NCBI GenBank assembly: GCA_964594835.1
Contig: CAZQNA010000006.1
Coordinates: 32,001 to 96,000, forward strand
Direction: 5' to 3'
Source: an uncultured Nitrososphaerota archaeon
GTDB lineage: Archaea; Korarchaeota; Korarchaeia; Korarchaeales; Korarchaeaceae
Length of the DNA stretch: 64,000 nt
The notes below the pieces were generated by a model. It saw nothing but the letters and a program-made list of their open reading frames with translations. It was not told the origin of the DNA and searched no databases. This document shows, one piece after another, positions 9,438-18,937 of the stretch; the first letter of the stretch is position 1; each line of letters begins with the position of its first letter. The translations under genes and the position numbers were made by a program.

Positions 9438-10136
9438 TTGCTCTGGGGGGATGGCAGAGATTCCTCGGAGGCGCGGGAGCCAGTAAGGCCCCTCAAAAAC
9501 TCCTCCTCGCCCACTTGGGTCTTTCTCCCATCCCCGCTGGCCGCCATCCTGGGCGCCGTCGAGTCGCTGGGTTCGACCGTCCTCGGGGCACTCCTGGGTC
9601 TGGCCTTCCTGTACAGGAGGGGGAGGGACGAGGACAGGCCGGTGCCCAACAGGGTGCTCATCAAGTGGGATCCGGCGAAGCACAGGATCGACGATCTCGT
9701 CGCGGCCGTCAGGACCCTCTGTGCCGGCAGACCCTCGACCATACTCACGAGGAGGGGAAGCCCGCTGGCCGCCCAGATCAGGGGCGAGTTCGGAGACAGG
9801 TGGAGGCTGGTCTACCTGAAGCAGGGCCTGGCCTACCCGACGGCCACGGGAAACGCCGTGATGGCCGCCCCGACCACCCCACACGTAATTGGCCTGATAA
9901 AGAGGGCCAGGAGGGAGTTCGGGGGGCCGATTGCGGTGGTGATAGACAGCCTGACGGACCTGACGATGATTCTCGGCACGAAGAGGGCGTACGAGCTGGT
10001 CAGGGAGATGCTGGACTCCCTGGACGAGGACGACAGGGTGGCCGCGATAATGGTCGGCGGGGCCCAGGAGGAGAGGGAGGAGATGCTCTTTAGGTCGCTC
10101 TTCCCGAACGAGTTTCCGATCGTGAAGCCCAGGTAG
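9438..10136 (+). CDS. DUF835-like protein (TM segment plus inactive KaiC/RecA-type domain)
   Basis: TM segment, then VVIDSLTDLTMILGTKRAYELV typical of DUF835/KaiC-like domains; no Walker A; start uncertain. Confidence 0.55.
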   Translation: MLWGDGRDSSEAREPVRPLKNSSSPTWVFLPSPLAAILGAVESLGSTVLGALLGLAFLYRRGRDEDRPVPNRVLIKWDPAKHRIDDLVAAVRTLCAGRPSTILTRRGSPLAAQIRGEFGDRWRLVYLKQGLAYPTATGNAVMAAPTTPHVIGLIKRARREFGGPIAVVIDSLTDLTMILGTKRAYELVREMLDSLDEDDRVAAIMVGGAQEEREEMLFRSLFPNEFPIVKPR

Positions 10137-10164
10137 GCGCCTCGGCGCGACGGGATGCCCCGGC

Positions 10165-10518
10165 TCACGGGACCCTGATCCTCACTCCCCCACCGGGCAG
10201 CCGGCCCACGACCTCCGCCGCCCTCCTGGCGCCCAGGAACAGAGCCTCTGCAAGCTCTTCCATCGAGATACCGAGTCTCTCGGCGGACTCCCTGAGGTCG
10301 TAGGCCCCCCTTACCCACACCGTCACCATGCTGCCGAACAGGCCGATCCTCAGGTGTGTGGGGACGTTGACGCCTGCAGGCATCAGCGCAAAGCCCTCCG
10401 CCCTCCTCTCGGCCACGAATCCGACGGACTCAATAACTCTGACAAGCTCCGTAGCCAAGTCCATTGCGGCCCTGGGCCCCGCGTCCGCGACTATCTCAAC
10501 GCTGGCCAGCTTGGACAT
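10165..10518 (-). CDS. hypothetical protein
   Basis: 117-aa ORF, ATG after GAGGAG SD. Confidence 0.55.
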   Translation of the reverse strand: MSKLASVEIVADAGPRAAMDLATELVRVIESVGFVAERRAEGFALMPAGVNVPTHLRIGLFGSMVTVWVRGAYDLRESAERLGISMEELAEALFLGARRAAEVVGRLPGGGVRIRVP

Positions 10519-10617
10519 CAGCTCCTCGACGGATCCGGATTCGGGCAGACTCTCACCGCGAAAACCCTGCTGCGCGTGTCAATTAACCTTTGTCCGCCAC
10601 AGAAAAATGTGGGGGGG

Positions 10618-12243
10618 TCAGGTCGGCGGGATCTCTTGGAACAGCGTTCTCACGTCAACCCCCCTTCTCCTGTTGTAGACCATGTAACCCACGAAGATGG
10701 ACGCTCCTGCCCCGTAAAAGAGCGAGATCCAGAGCATGTCGGATATGGCGGCCCCGGACCCGATGAGGCTCAGGTAGAGCCAGAAGTTCAGCACCATGGT
10801 CCCTATCCCCGCTACGGACATCAGGGGTATACCGGCCACCTCGTGCCTGAGGGGGCTCCTCTCGTAGAGGTCGGACCTGATGAAGGGGAGCACGGTCGCG
10901 GCCGCGCCTCCGAAGACGGACGGAAACCACCACAGCAGGGTCGAGAGTCCGTCTAGTGTGTTGATGAAGCCGATCGCCCCCACGTAGTGAAGCTTCTCGG
11001 CGGCGTACCACCAGACCACGCTGAGCTGCCCCAGGACCGTCGCGAGCAGCACGGCCTTGGTGGGCGAGCCGTACCTGTTGACCTCCGCCAGGCTCTCCGG
11101 GAAGAACCTGTCGAAGGACCAGGCGAACGGGAGCCTCGTGCTAACCAGGTAGAAGGCGGGAACGTCGTTCAGCAGCCAGAGGGCCGCCATCAGGGCAACC
11201 AGGAGCTGGAAGGCGGGCCGGCCGGGCATTAGCCCCGCGGCGAAGAGGGGGAGCATGGGCCTACCTGAGTAGGGCATCACCTCCGCGAGCCTGTCGCCCG
11301 CCTCGAAGAAGGCGTAGGTGTAGGCGCTGACGAACTCCTCGTAGGCCCCGTACAGCAGGAAGGCCGCGGAGACCATGTAGGCCGCGATGACCGCGACGGC
11401 CATGACGCCGCCCCAGACGGCGCTCTTCTTGACGTCCCTCACCTCCCCGCCGATGTACGTGACCATGGCCCAGCTCCCCACGAACGCGAACATGGGGGAC
11501 AGCAGGGCCCCAGCCGTGGCGTCCCAGCTCAGCGTCGCGTAGGCGGCGGAGTTCCACCCGGCCTCTCTGGCTATGGCGAGTATGGCGTCCCAGGTCCCGG
11601 CCCCGAAGGTCGCGTCCCACAGGGCTTGGGCCGACCCTAGCCCCCTGATCATGGCCCAGAAGAAGGCGGCGCTGCCGAGCACGGGTATGGCGAAGAGGAC
11701 CCAGATCAGCCTGCTGTAAGCCCTGAGACCGAAGATGGAGACCAGGCCCATTCCCAGCGTTATCGCGGTGCCCAGCGCGAGCATCCACTCGGGGCTCGTG
11801 GCCAGGAGATCTCCGATTCCGAGCAGGGTCTGACTGCCGATCGCTCCCCCGGCGATCTGCAGGGAGAGACCCCAGTACCAGACGTCCCAGAAGGCTATGG
11901 TCCCGACGGCAATGGCGGTCGCGATCCAGTACCCCCAGCTCAGCACGAAGCCCAGTAGGGGGTTGATGGTCCTGGAGATGTACACGTAGTCCCCGCCGGT
12001 CCTGGGCATGGCCATCAGCAGGTAGGTGTAGGCCAGCGCGGTCACTATGGCCGCCGCCCCCACGATCAGGAAGGCGAGGGGCACGTTGGCTCCAGGGTGG
12101 TCGTAGGAGACCTTCACGAGGAGCCAGTTCACCCCTCCCCCTATGGTCCAGGACATGGCCGTGGCTAGGGCCGTCCAGGGCCCCACGGTCCTGACCAGGC
12201 CGGAGGCCCTGCGCACGAACAGGGTGGGTCTCCCAGACTCCAC
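10618..12243 (-). CDS. APC-family amino acid/polyamine permease
   Basis: LFVRRASGLVR, MPRTGGDYVYISR, GGEVRD, R..FAWSFDR..P; GGAGGTG SD. Confidence 0.9.
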   Translation of the reverse strand: MESGRPTLFVRRASGLVRTVGPWTALATAMSWTIGGGVNWLLVKVSYDHPGANVPLAFLIVGAAAIVTALAYTYLLMAMPRTGGDYVYISRTINPLLGFVLSWGYWIATAIAVGTIAFWDVWYWGLSLQIAGGAIGSQTLLGIGDLLATSPEWMLALGTAITLGMGLVSIFGLRAYSRLIWVLFAIPVLGSAAFFWAMIRGLGSAQALWDATFGAGTWDAILAIAREAGWNSAAYATLSWDATAGALLSPMFAFVGSWAMVTYIGGEVRDVKKSAVWGGVMAVAVIAAYMVSAAFLLYGAYEEFVSAYTYAFFEAGDRLAEVMPYSGRPMLPLFAAGLMPGRPAFQLLVALMAALWLLNDVPAFYLVSTRLPFAWSFDRFFPESLAEVNRYGSPTKAVLLATVLGQLSVVWWYAAEKLHYVGAIGFINTLDGLSTLLWWFPSVFGGAAATVLPFIRSDLYERSPLRHEVAGIPLMSVAGIGTMVLNFWLYLSLIGSGAAISDMLWISLFYGAGASIFVGYMVYNRRRGVDVRTLFQEIPPT

Positions 12244-12265
12244 GCTGACACCTCCCGAGTGACGA

Positions 12266-12425
12266 GCCGAGGCCGCGAGACGAGGTAGTGGCTACTGCGG
12301 CCTCAGCCCTGGCCTGGCTCTGGCCCTGGGATCTCTATCTGAGACTCAGACGGCCCGCTGACTCCAGCGAAAAGCAGGAAGGCGATCGCGCGGGCCGCCA
12401 TCACCGCACAGGCCTCCCGGCCAGG
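12266..12425 (-). ncRNA. candidate structured 5' leader of the APC permease
   Basis: Two stems that need G-U pairs on the minus strand, one closed by GUGAUG...CUGA; TATA-like box at about 12448-12456. Confidence 0.35.
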
Positions 12426-12476
12426 GCCGAGGGCCCGGCGAGTGACAGATATTAAGGGTTTCTCGGGCGAAATCCG

Positions 12477-13442
12477 GTGCCCGGATCCGAGGAGATCAAG
12501 GGCTACGCCATGCTACTCGGCGCCGCCGCGCTTTGGTCCACCACCGGCGTCGCCAGCAGGGCGGCCGTGATGTGCGGGTCGGACCCGTGGACCAACGCCT
12601 TCATGAGGGCGGGATTCGGGGCCCTGGCCGGAGGGCTCCTGACGCTCATCGGGGTCAGGGTCAGGTTCCTGGACATCAGGATGGCGGCCTACGGCCTCCT
12701 CCTCTCCACCCCACTCTACTCCTCCTACCTGGCGGCCGTGGAGCGCCTTGGCGCTGGCGTGGCCGCGGTCCTCCTCTACACGGCACCCTCGATCGTGGCC
12801 GTGAGCTCCGGTCCCCTCCTAGGGGAGAGGGTCACGAGGGTGAGGGCGGCGTGCGTGGCCCTGAGCTTCGCCGGGGTGTCGCTGATCCAGAGTCCCGCGA
12901 GTATGGGGACCGGGTTCGACGCCGCCGGGCTCGCCCTCGGCCTCCTGTCGGGCGTCTCCTACGCCGGGGTGATACTCGCCTCCCGGGCGCTCGTGACCTC
13001 TGGCTGGACCCCGACCGAGGTGGCACTCGGCCCCCTGCCCTGGGCCTCCCTCGGTACTGCTTTGGTGGCCGCCGCCAGGGGGAGCCTCAGGGTTCCCCCC
13101 GCTGGAGGCGTCCTCTGGGGGGTATACCTCGGCGTGTTCACAGCAGCCTCTGCCTATCTCCTGCATGCGTCCGGCCTGTCCAGGGTCCAGGCGACCCCCG
13201 CGGGCGTGGTGTCCAACCTCGAGCCCGTGCTTGCGGTGGTCTGGGGTGCGGCCCTTCTGGGCGAGGATCTAAACGCCCCCAGGGTTCTCGGGTCTGCCCT
13301 GGTGATCTCCTCCGCCGTCGTGGCCTCGGCCGGGGACCTGCTCACTCAGAAGCCAACGTCCAGGTACTTGGAGAGCTCCCAGTCGCTCACCTTCGACCAG
13401 GTCGACCCCCAGTCGCCGACCTCCCGGAGGTACTCCCGGTAG
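12477..13442 (+). CDS. DMT/EamA family transporter
   Basis: Two EamA repeats (AAVLLYTAP..GERVT; NLEPVLAVVWG..LLGE). Confidence 0.88.
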   Translation: MPGSEEIKGYAMLLGAAALWSTTGVASRAAVMCGSDPWTNAFMRAGFGALAGGLLTLIGVRVRFLDIRMAAYGLLLSTPLYSSYLAAVERLGAGVAAVLLYTAPSIVAVSSGPLLGERVTRVRAACVALSFAGVSLIQSPASMGTGFDAAGLALGLLSGVSYAGVILASRALVTSGWTPTEVALGPLPWASLGTALVAAARGSLRVPPAGGVLWGVYLGVFTAASAYLLHASGLSRVQATPAGVVSNLEPVLAVVWGAALLGEDLNAPRVLGSALVISSAVVASAGDLLTQKPTSRYLESSQSLTFDQVDPQSPTSRRYSR

Positions 13443-14584
13443 TCGGACTCAAGCTTCCCCGCGATCGCGTCGACGACCCCCTCGGTCAGGACCCGCCTGG
13501 CGAACGAGCTCGACCTGAGTTCTCGGGCGGCCTCCCCGGGATCCCCGGGCAGCGTTTCCAGCCCATCTCCCCCCTTGTATACGTTGAAGGAGGCCTCCTC
13601 CGGCGGGGTCAGCCCCTCCTCCACCCCCTCGAGGCCGGCGGCGACCGTCAGGGCGGCCACCAGGTGGGGGCTGGACGACGAGTCGGGGGCCCTGAACTCT
13701 ATGCGGTCGAAGGACCCGCTGTACCACGGCACCCGTATGAGCGCGGACCTGTTCGACCTGCCCCACGCCAGATATACGGGGGCCTCGTGCCCCGGGACGA
13801 GCCTCTTGTACGAGTTCACGGTGGGGGCCGCCACCGCCGTGATCTCCCTGGCCCTCCTCAGGACGCCCGCCAGGAAGGAGAGTCCCACGTCGCTCGGGCC
13901 TCCCCCCGCCCGAAACGCGCTCCTCCCGTCCCTAAGGAGGCTGACGTGCAGGTGCATCCCGCTCCCGTTCACCCCGGAGAAGGGCTTCGGCATGAAGGTC
14001 ACCCCCATGCCGGCCGCCTCGAACTCACGCCTCACCAGCGCCCTCAGCGCAACCACCGAGTCGCAGACCACCAGCGGGTCCCCTCCCGCGGGGACGATCT
14101 CGTACTGCCCCGGCGCGACCTCGTGGTGGAACTTCGTAACCTCCAGGCCCAGCTCCCCCGCGGACCTCACGACGTCGAGCAGGACCCCCTCTATCCCCTT
14201 TGGGGGGAGGGAGAAGTAGCCGAGCCCGTCGGCCGGCTCCACCGACCCCTCCCCTCGCCTCCTTATGACGAAGAACTCGGGCTCGAACCCCACCCTCACC
14301 TCGAACCCCATCTCCGACGCGAGCCGCAGGACCCTTCGGAGGATCTCCCTGGGGGAGTGCTCCATCGCCCGACCGGAGGGCGTCAGGACGTCCGCGAACG
14401 TGAGGCCCCCCCTCCCGTTGAACTCAAGGCGTATATCGCTGTTCTGGGTCTCGGCAAGCCACCTCACGGAGGATCCGTCCATGCCGGCCTGCCGGACTCC
14501 TCTGCCGAACAGGTAGACGACGCGGAGAGACCCGACGTGGTCGGGCACGGCCACCATGATGGGCTCGCGCGGCTGTTCGATCAT
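13346..14584 (-). CDS. glnA: type I glutamine synthetase
   Basis: DGSS, GFEPEFF, HHEVAPGQYE, FMPKP..NGSGMH, NSYKRLVPGHEAP, NRSALIRVP, RIEFRAPD. Confidence 0.85.
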   Translation of the reverse strand: MIEQPREPIMVAVPDHVGSLRVVYLFGRGVRQAGMDGSSVRWLAETQNSDIRLEFNGRGGLTFADVLTPSGRAMEHSPREILRRVLRLASEMGFEVRVGFEPEFFVIRRRGEGSVEPADGLGYFSLPPKGIEGVLLDVVRSAGELGLEVTKFHHEVAPGQYEIVPAGGDPLVVCDSVVALRALVRREFEAAGMGVTFMPKPFSGVNGSGMHLHVSLLRDGRSAFRAGGGPSDVGLSFLAGVLRRAREITAVAAPTVNSYKRLVPGHEAPVYLAWGRSNRSALIRVPWYSGSFDRIEFRAPDSSSSPHLVAALTVAAGLEGVEEGLTPPEEASFNVYKGGDGLETLPGDPGEAARELRSSSFARRVLTEGVVDAIAGKLESDYREYLREVGDWGSTWSKVSDWELSKYLDVGF

Positions 14585-14672
14585 TGAGGGACCGGTGAGG
14601 GCGGTCAGTAATATCTTGATTGGAGGTTTGATCGAACGAATGATCACCTTTATAGTAAGGGGGTGAACGATC

Positions 14673-15179
14673 GTGCCGATGCCTCCCTCTCGGCTCCGCG
14701 GGGCAGACCTAGACGAGCTGGACCTCAGGCTGATAAGGGCGATCTCCGCCCTCCCCGGGGCCTCGATAAGGACCCTGGCAGGCGTCCTCGACGTATCCCC
14801 CTCGACCGTGTCCAAGAGGGTCAGGAGGCTCAGGGAGCTTGGGGTGCTCAGGGGTAGGGGGCTGAGGCTCTGGTTCGACTACGAGAGGCTCGGATTCGAC
14901 CTGACCGCCATAATCGAGGTCACCGTCTCCGGCGGGAGGCTACTGGAGGTGGAGAGGAGGATCGCGGAGGACCCACACGTCACCGCGGTCTACGACGTCA
15001 CCGGCTCCTCCGACGTGATAGTGGTGGCGAGGTTCGAGGGGAGGGCTCAGCTGAGCGAGTTCGTCAAGGGCCTCCTGGCCATGCCCAACGTGGAGCGGAC
15101 CAACACCAGGGTCGTCCTGAACGTGATCAAGGAGGACGACTCGGGCCTCATCGCCCTGATCACCTCTGAAGGGACCTGA
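14673..15179 (+). CDS. Lrp/AsnC family transcriptional regulator
   Basis: LDELDLRLI..HTH..VYDVTGSSD..VERTNTRVVL; divergent from glnA. Confidence 0.92.
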   Translation: MPMPPSRLRGADLDELDLRLIRAISALPGASIRTLAGVLDVSPSTVSKRVRRLRELGVLRGRGLRLWFDYERLGFDLTAIIEVTVSGGRLLEVERRIAEDPHVTAVYDVTGSSDVIVVARFEGRAQLSEFVKGLLAMPNVERTNTRVVLNVIKEDDSGLIALITSEGT

Positions 15180-15665
15180 TCACCCCTTGATGGCGGGAGG
15201 GGTGACTATCCCGAGGCGCATCGCCTCGGGCAGGATCTCCCTGACCTTGTTCAGGAGCTTGGAGGTCTTTCCCGGGTCCTCAAACGAGGAGACGAGCCTG
15301 TCCACGGCCTTCCTGACGTGCTTCGGCAGCATGAGCTTCCTGCCCCTGAAGGCCGGGGAGGCCAGGAGGATGCTCGCGTCCCGTCCGGCCCTGCTCAGGA
15401 TCCCCGAGTCGGAGAGCTCCTCCGTTATGTCCCTGAGCTCCTCGCACGAGGGGAGGCCGGAGGCGAGCTTCCAGCTGAGGCCGAGCCCGGGCCTCCCCTT
15501 CCTCGCAAGCTCGAACTCCACGAGGAAGAGGATGAGCTGGAGCCTCACGAGGGTCAGGCCCTCCCTCGCCCTGGAGAGCGTGTAGACGACGAGGGTGTCG
15601 GGCTTGACCGATGCCTGACCTGGGTCGCCTGAACTGGACAAGAGATCTCTCACGGGAGGCGACAT
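15180..15665 (-). CDS. hypothetical protein, weakly SocA/Panacea (DUF4065)-like
   Basis: TLVRLQLILFLVE...WKLASGLPSCEEL...LSDSGIL pattern. Confidence 0.4.
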   Translation of the reverse strand: MSPPVRDLLSSSGDPGQASVKPDTLVVYTLSRAREGLTLVRLQLILFLVEFELARKGRPGLGLSWKLASGLPSCEELRDITEELSDSGILSRAGRDASILLASPAFRGRKLMLPKHVRKAVDRLVSSFEDPGKTSKLLNKVREILPEAMRLGIVTPPAIKG

Positions 15666-15749
15666 GCCGACGGCACCCTTCTCGAGAGTCCTATCGACTC
15701 TGAGGGGGCTCCAATATAGGATTTTCCGACCCCGGCGCCGGCCGGCCCC

Positions 15750-16568
15750 CTAGGACCCCCCTCCCCTCAGCAGTGAGGCCAGGTAGGCGGCTGCGCTCAC
15801 CATCCCGGCGATGGCGCTGGGCGACACGTTGACGACCGTGGAGAGCGAGAGGCCGACCGCTATGGAGGCCGCGGAGATGAGGAACGCCAGGGCCATGCAG
15901 TGCTTCGGCCCCCTCGCGTACCTCACCGCCGCACCGGCCGGCGCGACGATGAGCGCGTAGACCAGTATTGCGCCGACCGCCTTGGTCATGGCCGACACGC
16001 TGAGCGCGATGACGGTCAGCATCACCCAGTCGTAGAGCCCGACCCTCAGCCCGTGCGCCTCCGAGGCGACCGGGTCGAAGGACGAGTAGATGAACTCCCT
16101 GTAGAAGGCCGTGACCGCCGCCAGGGACAGGGTCGCGGTTAGGGCGATGATCGCCAGATCGACGGGGGAGAGCAGGAGTATGTCTCCCACCAGGTAGCCC
16201 CAGACCATGGGGAGCCTCTCTGGAGGGAGCCAGTACATGAGCAGCACGGCCAGGCTCATGGACCCGGCGAAGGAGACCCCGACGGCGACCTCCATGGAGG
16301 CCCCTCCCCTCCCCCTCCCGGACCTGCCCGCCGCGCCCACCACCGACGCGACAACCACGGCCATCCCGGCCGCCCCAATCGTTGGATCCAGCCAGGGGAG
16401 CCTGGGCTGCAGGAGGAGGGCCAGGGCCGCTCCCCCCAGGGCCGCGTGGGCCGCCGCGCTCACTAGGAAGGAGAGCCCCCTGTAGACGACCAGCGGGCCG
16501 AGAGCGCCGGCCGCCACGGACACGAGCGCCCCGGCCACGGCCGCCAGAAGCACGGTCTCCAGAGCCAA
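15750..16568 (-). CDS. znuB: Zn/Mn ABC transporter permease
   Basis: AAAHAALGG, YLVGDIL, SFDPVASEAHG, KAVGAILVYALIVAPA. Confidence 0.88.
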   Translation of the reverse strand: MALETVLLAAVAGALVSVAAGALGPLVVYRGLSFLVSAAAHAALGGAALALLLQPRLPWLDPTIGAAGMAVVVASVVGAAGRSGRGRGGASMEVAVGVSFAGSMSLAVLLMYWLPPERLPMVWGYLVGDILLLSPVDLAIIALTATLSLAAVTAFYREFIYSSFDPVASEAHGLRVGLYDWVMLTVIALSVSAMTKAVGAILVYALIVAPAGAAVRYARGPKHCMALAFLISAASIAVGLSLSTVVNVSPSAIAGMVSAAAYLASLLRGGGS

Positions 16569-16579
16569 CCTTCACCACC

Positions 16580-17368
16580 TCACCTGTGGGCGTCCCCCAC
16601 TATGGCGTAGCATATCCCTCCCAGCTCCACGACCCTCGCGGTCGGCCCGTAGATCCTCTCCAGGTTCTCCGGGGTCAGGACGGCGGCGAGGGGTCCGGCG
16701 GCGACGAGCCTGCCGTCGCTCAGCAGGGCCACGTAGTCCGCTATCGCCGCGAGCGGATTCACGTCGTGCGTCACCACGACCGACCCCACCCCCCTCTCCT
16801 CCCTAAGGCGCGCGAGGACCTCGGCGATCTTCCCGCGGCTCTCCGCGTCCACCGCCGAGAGGGGCTCGTCCAGGAGCAGCAGATCGGGCTCGGAGGCCAG
16901 GGCCCTAGCGATGAGGACCCTCTGCTGTTGGCCGCCTGAGAGGGTCCTGAAGCACCTGTCCCTTGCCCACATCATGTCCACGAACTCCAGCGCCTCCTCC
17001 GCGGCCTCCACGTCCTCTTGGGTTGGCCTCCTCGGCGGGCCCTTCTTGATCAGCCTGGCCATGAGGGCCACGTCGATCACCCTCAGCGGGACGTCCCAAG
17101 AGACCTCCTCCTTCTGGGGGACGTAGGCAACCCTCTTCCTCACCTCGTCCACCCTCTCCGGGACCGGGAGCCCGAGGACCCTCATCTCTCCGCCGAGCAC
17201 CCTGGCCATCCCCAGGGCAGCCCTTAGGAGCGTCGTCTTCCCGGCCCCGTTCGGCCCCATTATCACCGCGACCGAGGGGTGGGGGATGGACAGCGTCACC
17301 TCCCTCAGCACGGGCTCCCCGTCGTACCCCACCTCCAGCCCGACGGCCTCGATGGCGCTCCCTCCCAA
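16580..17368 (-). CDS. znuC: Zn/Mn ABC transporter ATP-binding protein
   Basis: GPNGAGKTT, YVPQ, LSGGQQQR, LLLDEP, VTHD; TTG start after GAGGTGA. Confidence 0.9.
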   Translation of the reverse strand: MGGSAIEAVGLEVGYDGEPVLREVTLSIPHPSVAVIMGPNGAGKTTLLRAALGMARVLGGEMRVLGLPVPERVDEVRKRVAYVPQKEEVSWDVPLRVIDVALMARLIKKGPPRRPTQEDVEAAEEALEFVDMMWARDRCFRTLSGGQQQRVLIARALASEPDLLLLDEPLSAVDAESRGKIAEVLARLREERGVGSVVVTHDVNPLAAIADYVALLSDGRLVAAGPLAAVLTPENLERIYGPTARVVELGGICYAIVGDAHR

Positions 17369-17381
17369 GCCCCTCACCTCC

Positions 17382-18380
17382 CTATGCCGCCTTCCAGAGG
17401 GCCACGGCCAGGCCGAGGATCGCAATGGCGGAGGCGGCCACGACGCAGGTGGCCAGGGACCACCCCCCGGGCGAGGCGGAGGGCGAGCCCCTGAGGCTGG
17501 AGTCTATGGATCCCATGTTCCACGCCCAGAGCGCCTCGTATCCGGGGATCCCGCTCGAGAGCACCCTGACCCTCAGGACCGTTGCCCCGTGCTCCTCGGC
17601 GAGCTGAATCGCCATCTCTCCGGGCTTTAGCCCCTCGCTGACCTCTGAGACGGTTACGAACCTTATCTCTCCCCTCTCCATGGCCTCCCCCAACTCGTCC
17701 AGCTCTCCGGCGCCTATCACGGCCCCGGGCCCCCTGCCGAGGGTGTCCACGGGGATCATCCCCAGGGCCGAGGCGACGTACGCCTCCGCCGGCACGGAGA
17801 CCACGACCTTCTGGGCGACCAGTCCCCTCGACGTGGAGAACTCCCTGATGGAGGACTTCAGCTCCCCTACCCTCGCGCGGAACGCCTCGAGGGACTCCTC
17901 GTACTGTCGAGCGCCCTGGGGGTCCACCCTCTTCAGGTCCTCGGCAACAGCCTCGGCCACGGCGACCGCGTTGTCGGGGTCGAGCCAGAACCCGTGGATG
18001 TTCTCCCCTCCCTGACCCGGGACCGGGATCAGCCTCAGACCGTGCCTCTGGTAGTCCTCCAGCCCGATCACCGGGGCGTCGGTCACCTCGGAGACCTGCT
18101 CCTCAACCGGGAGGTGGGCGACCGTCACCACCAGGTCGGCCCCCCTCACTGCGTCTATGACCTCGGGCGTGGCCTGGTAGGTGTGGGGCTCCGCCCCCTC
18201 TGGGACGATCACGTAGACGTCCACCCTGCCCCCAGAGACCTCCTCCACTATGTCCCCCAGGGGCTTCAGGCTCACGACCACCAGCGGTCTGCTGGACTGG
18301 GACGACGCCGGGACGGCCTGCAGGACCGCCCCGGCCGCAAGCAGGACAGCCATGGCCAGGAACAAGGGACGCCTCTCCAT
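17382..18380 (-). CDS. znuA: Zn/Mn ABC substrate-binding protein with C-terminal membrane anchor
   Basis: Signal peptide, GAEPHTYQ, ENIHGFWLDP, C-terminal hydrophobic tail. Confidence 0.88.
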   Translation of the reverse strand: MERRPLFLAMAVLLAAGAVLQAVPASSQSSRPLVVVSLKPLGDIVEEVSGGRVDVYVIVPEGAEPHTYQATPEVIDAVRGADLVVTVAHLPVEEQVSEVTDAPVIGLEDYQRHGLRLIPVPGQGGENIHGFWLDPDNAVAVAEAVAEDLKRVDPQGARQYEESLEAFRARVGELKSSIREFSTSRGLVAQKVVVSVPAEAYVASALGMIPVDTLGRGPGAVIGAGELDELGEAMERGEIRFVTVSEVSEGLKPGEMAIQLAEEHGATVLRVRVLSSGIPGYEALWAWNMGSIDSSLRGSPSASPGGWSLATCVVAASAIAILGLAVALWKAA

Positions 18381-18388
18381 GACCGGGC

Positions 18389-18814
18389 TCACCTCCCCGC
18401 CACTTCAGGGTGCGGGATTGGCCTGCCGTGGGGACAGGCCCTCGGGTGGCCCATCCTCTCGCACAGCCTGACCACGGCCTCCCTCGGCAGCAGAACCTCC
18501 AGCCTTGAGGCGGCCTCGCAGGCGACCTCCGGGTCTATCCCGAGCTCGCGGAAGAGGAAGGCCTCTATCACCCTGTGCCTCCACAGCAGCTCCTCGGATA
18601 TCGCGGCCCCCTCGAAGGTCAGCCTCACCCCCTCCCCCCTCCTGTACTCTATCAGCCCCATCCTCTCCAGCCTCTTCAGCGCCGCCATGGCCGTCGGGAG
18701 CCTGACACCGAACTCCCTGGCCACCTGAGAGGGCGAGGGCGCCCCGTCCGAGTCGCCGAGGAACCTGAGGTACCTGCAGTCCCTGGCCGTCAGCCCCAGG
18801 TCGTCGGGCAGCAT
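18389..18814 (-). CDS. DtxR/MntR family metal-dependent repressor
   Basis: HTH, WRHRVIEAFL, ACEAASRLE, HPRACPHGRPIP. Confidence 0.9.
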   Translation of the reverse strand: MLPDDLGLTARDCRYLRFLGDSDGAPSPSQVAREFGVRLPTAMAALKRLERMGLIEYRRGEGVRLTFEGAAISEELLWRHRVIEAFLFRELGIDPEVACEAASRLEVLLPREAVVRLCERMGHPRACPHGRPIPHPEVAGR

Positions 18815-18817
18815 CAG

Positions 18818-18860
18818 TTAGCGCGGCGCTAACGGGAAGAAAAACTTAGCGCCGCGCTAA
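18818..18860. promoter_or_regulatory. twin palindromic operators TTAGCGC-N-GCGCTAA
   Basis: Perfect 7-1-7 palindromes at 18818-18832 and 18846-18860, flanking an A/T tract just upstream of the DtxR-type gene. Confidence 0.75.
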
Positions 18861-18937
18861 GGTGGCCGGGATTACGCTCAGAGTCGATGCAGGTTATGGT
18901 TATTACAGAAGCCTTCGAGGGGCCAGCAGGTGCGAAC

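Noticed and set aside
12385-12410. Fluoride (crcB) riboswitch suggested by GGUGAUGG
   Set aside because: The downstream pseudoknot and GCUGAUGAC-like elements are missing, and the gene is not a fluoride exporter
13346-14584. GlnA-like gamma-glutamyl-polyamine ligase (PuuA type)
   Set aside because: The ammonium-site Asp (DGSS) and the flap Glu (PGHEAP) are retained, favouring a true glutamine synthetase
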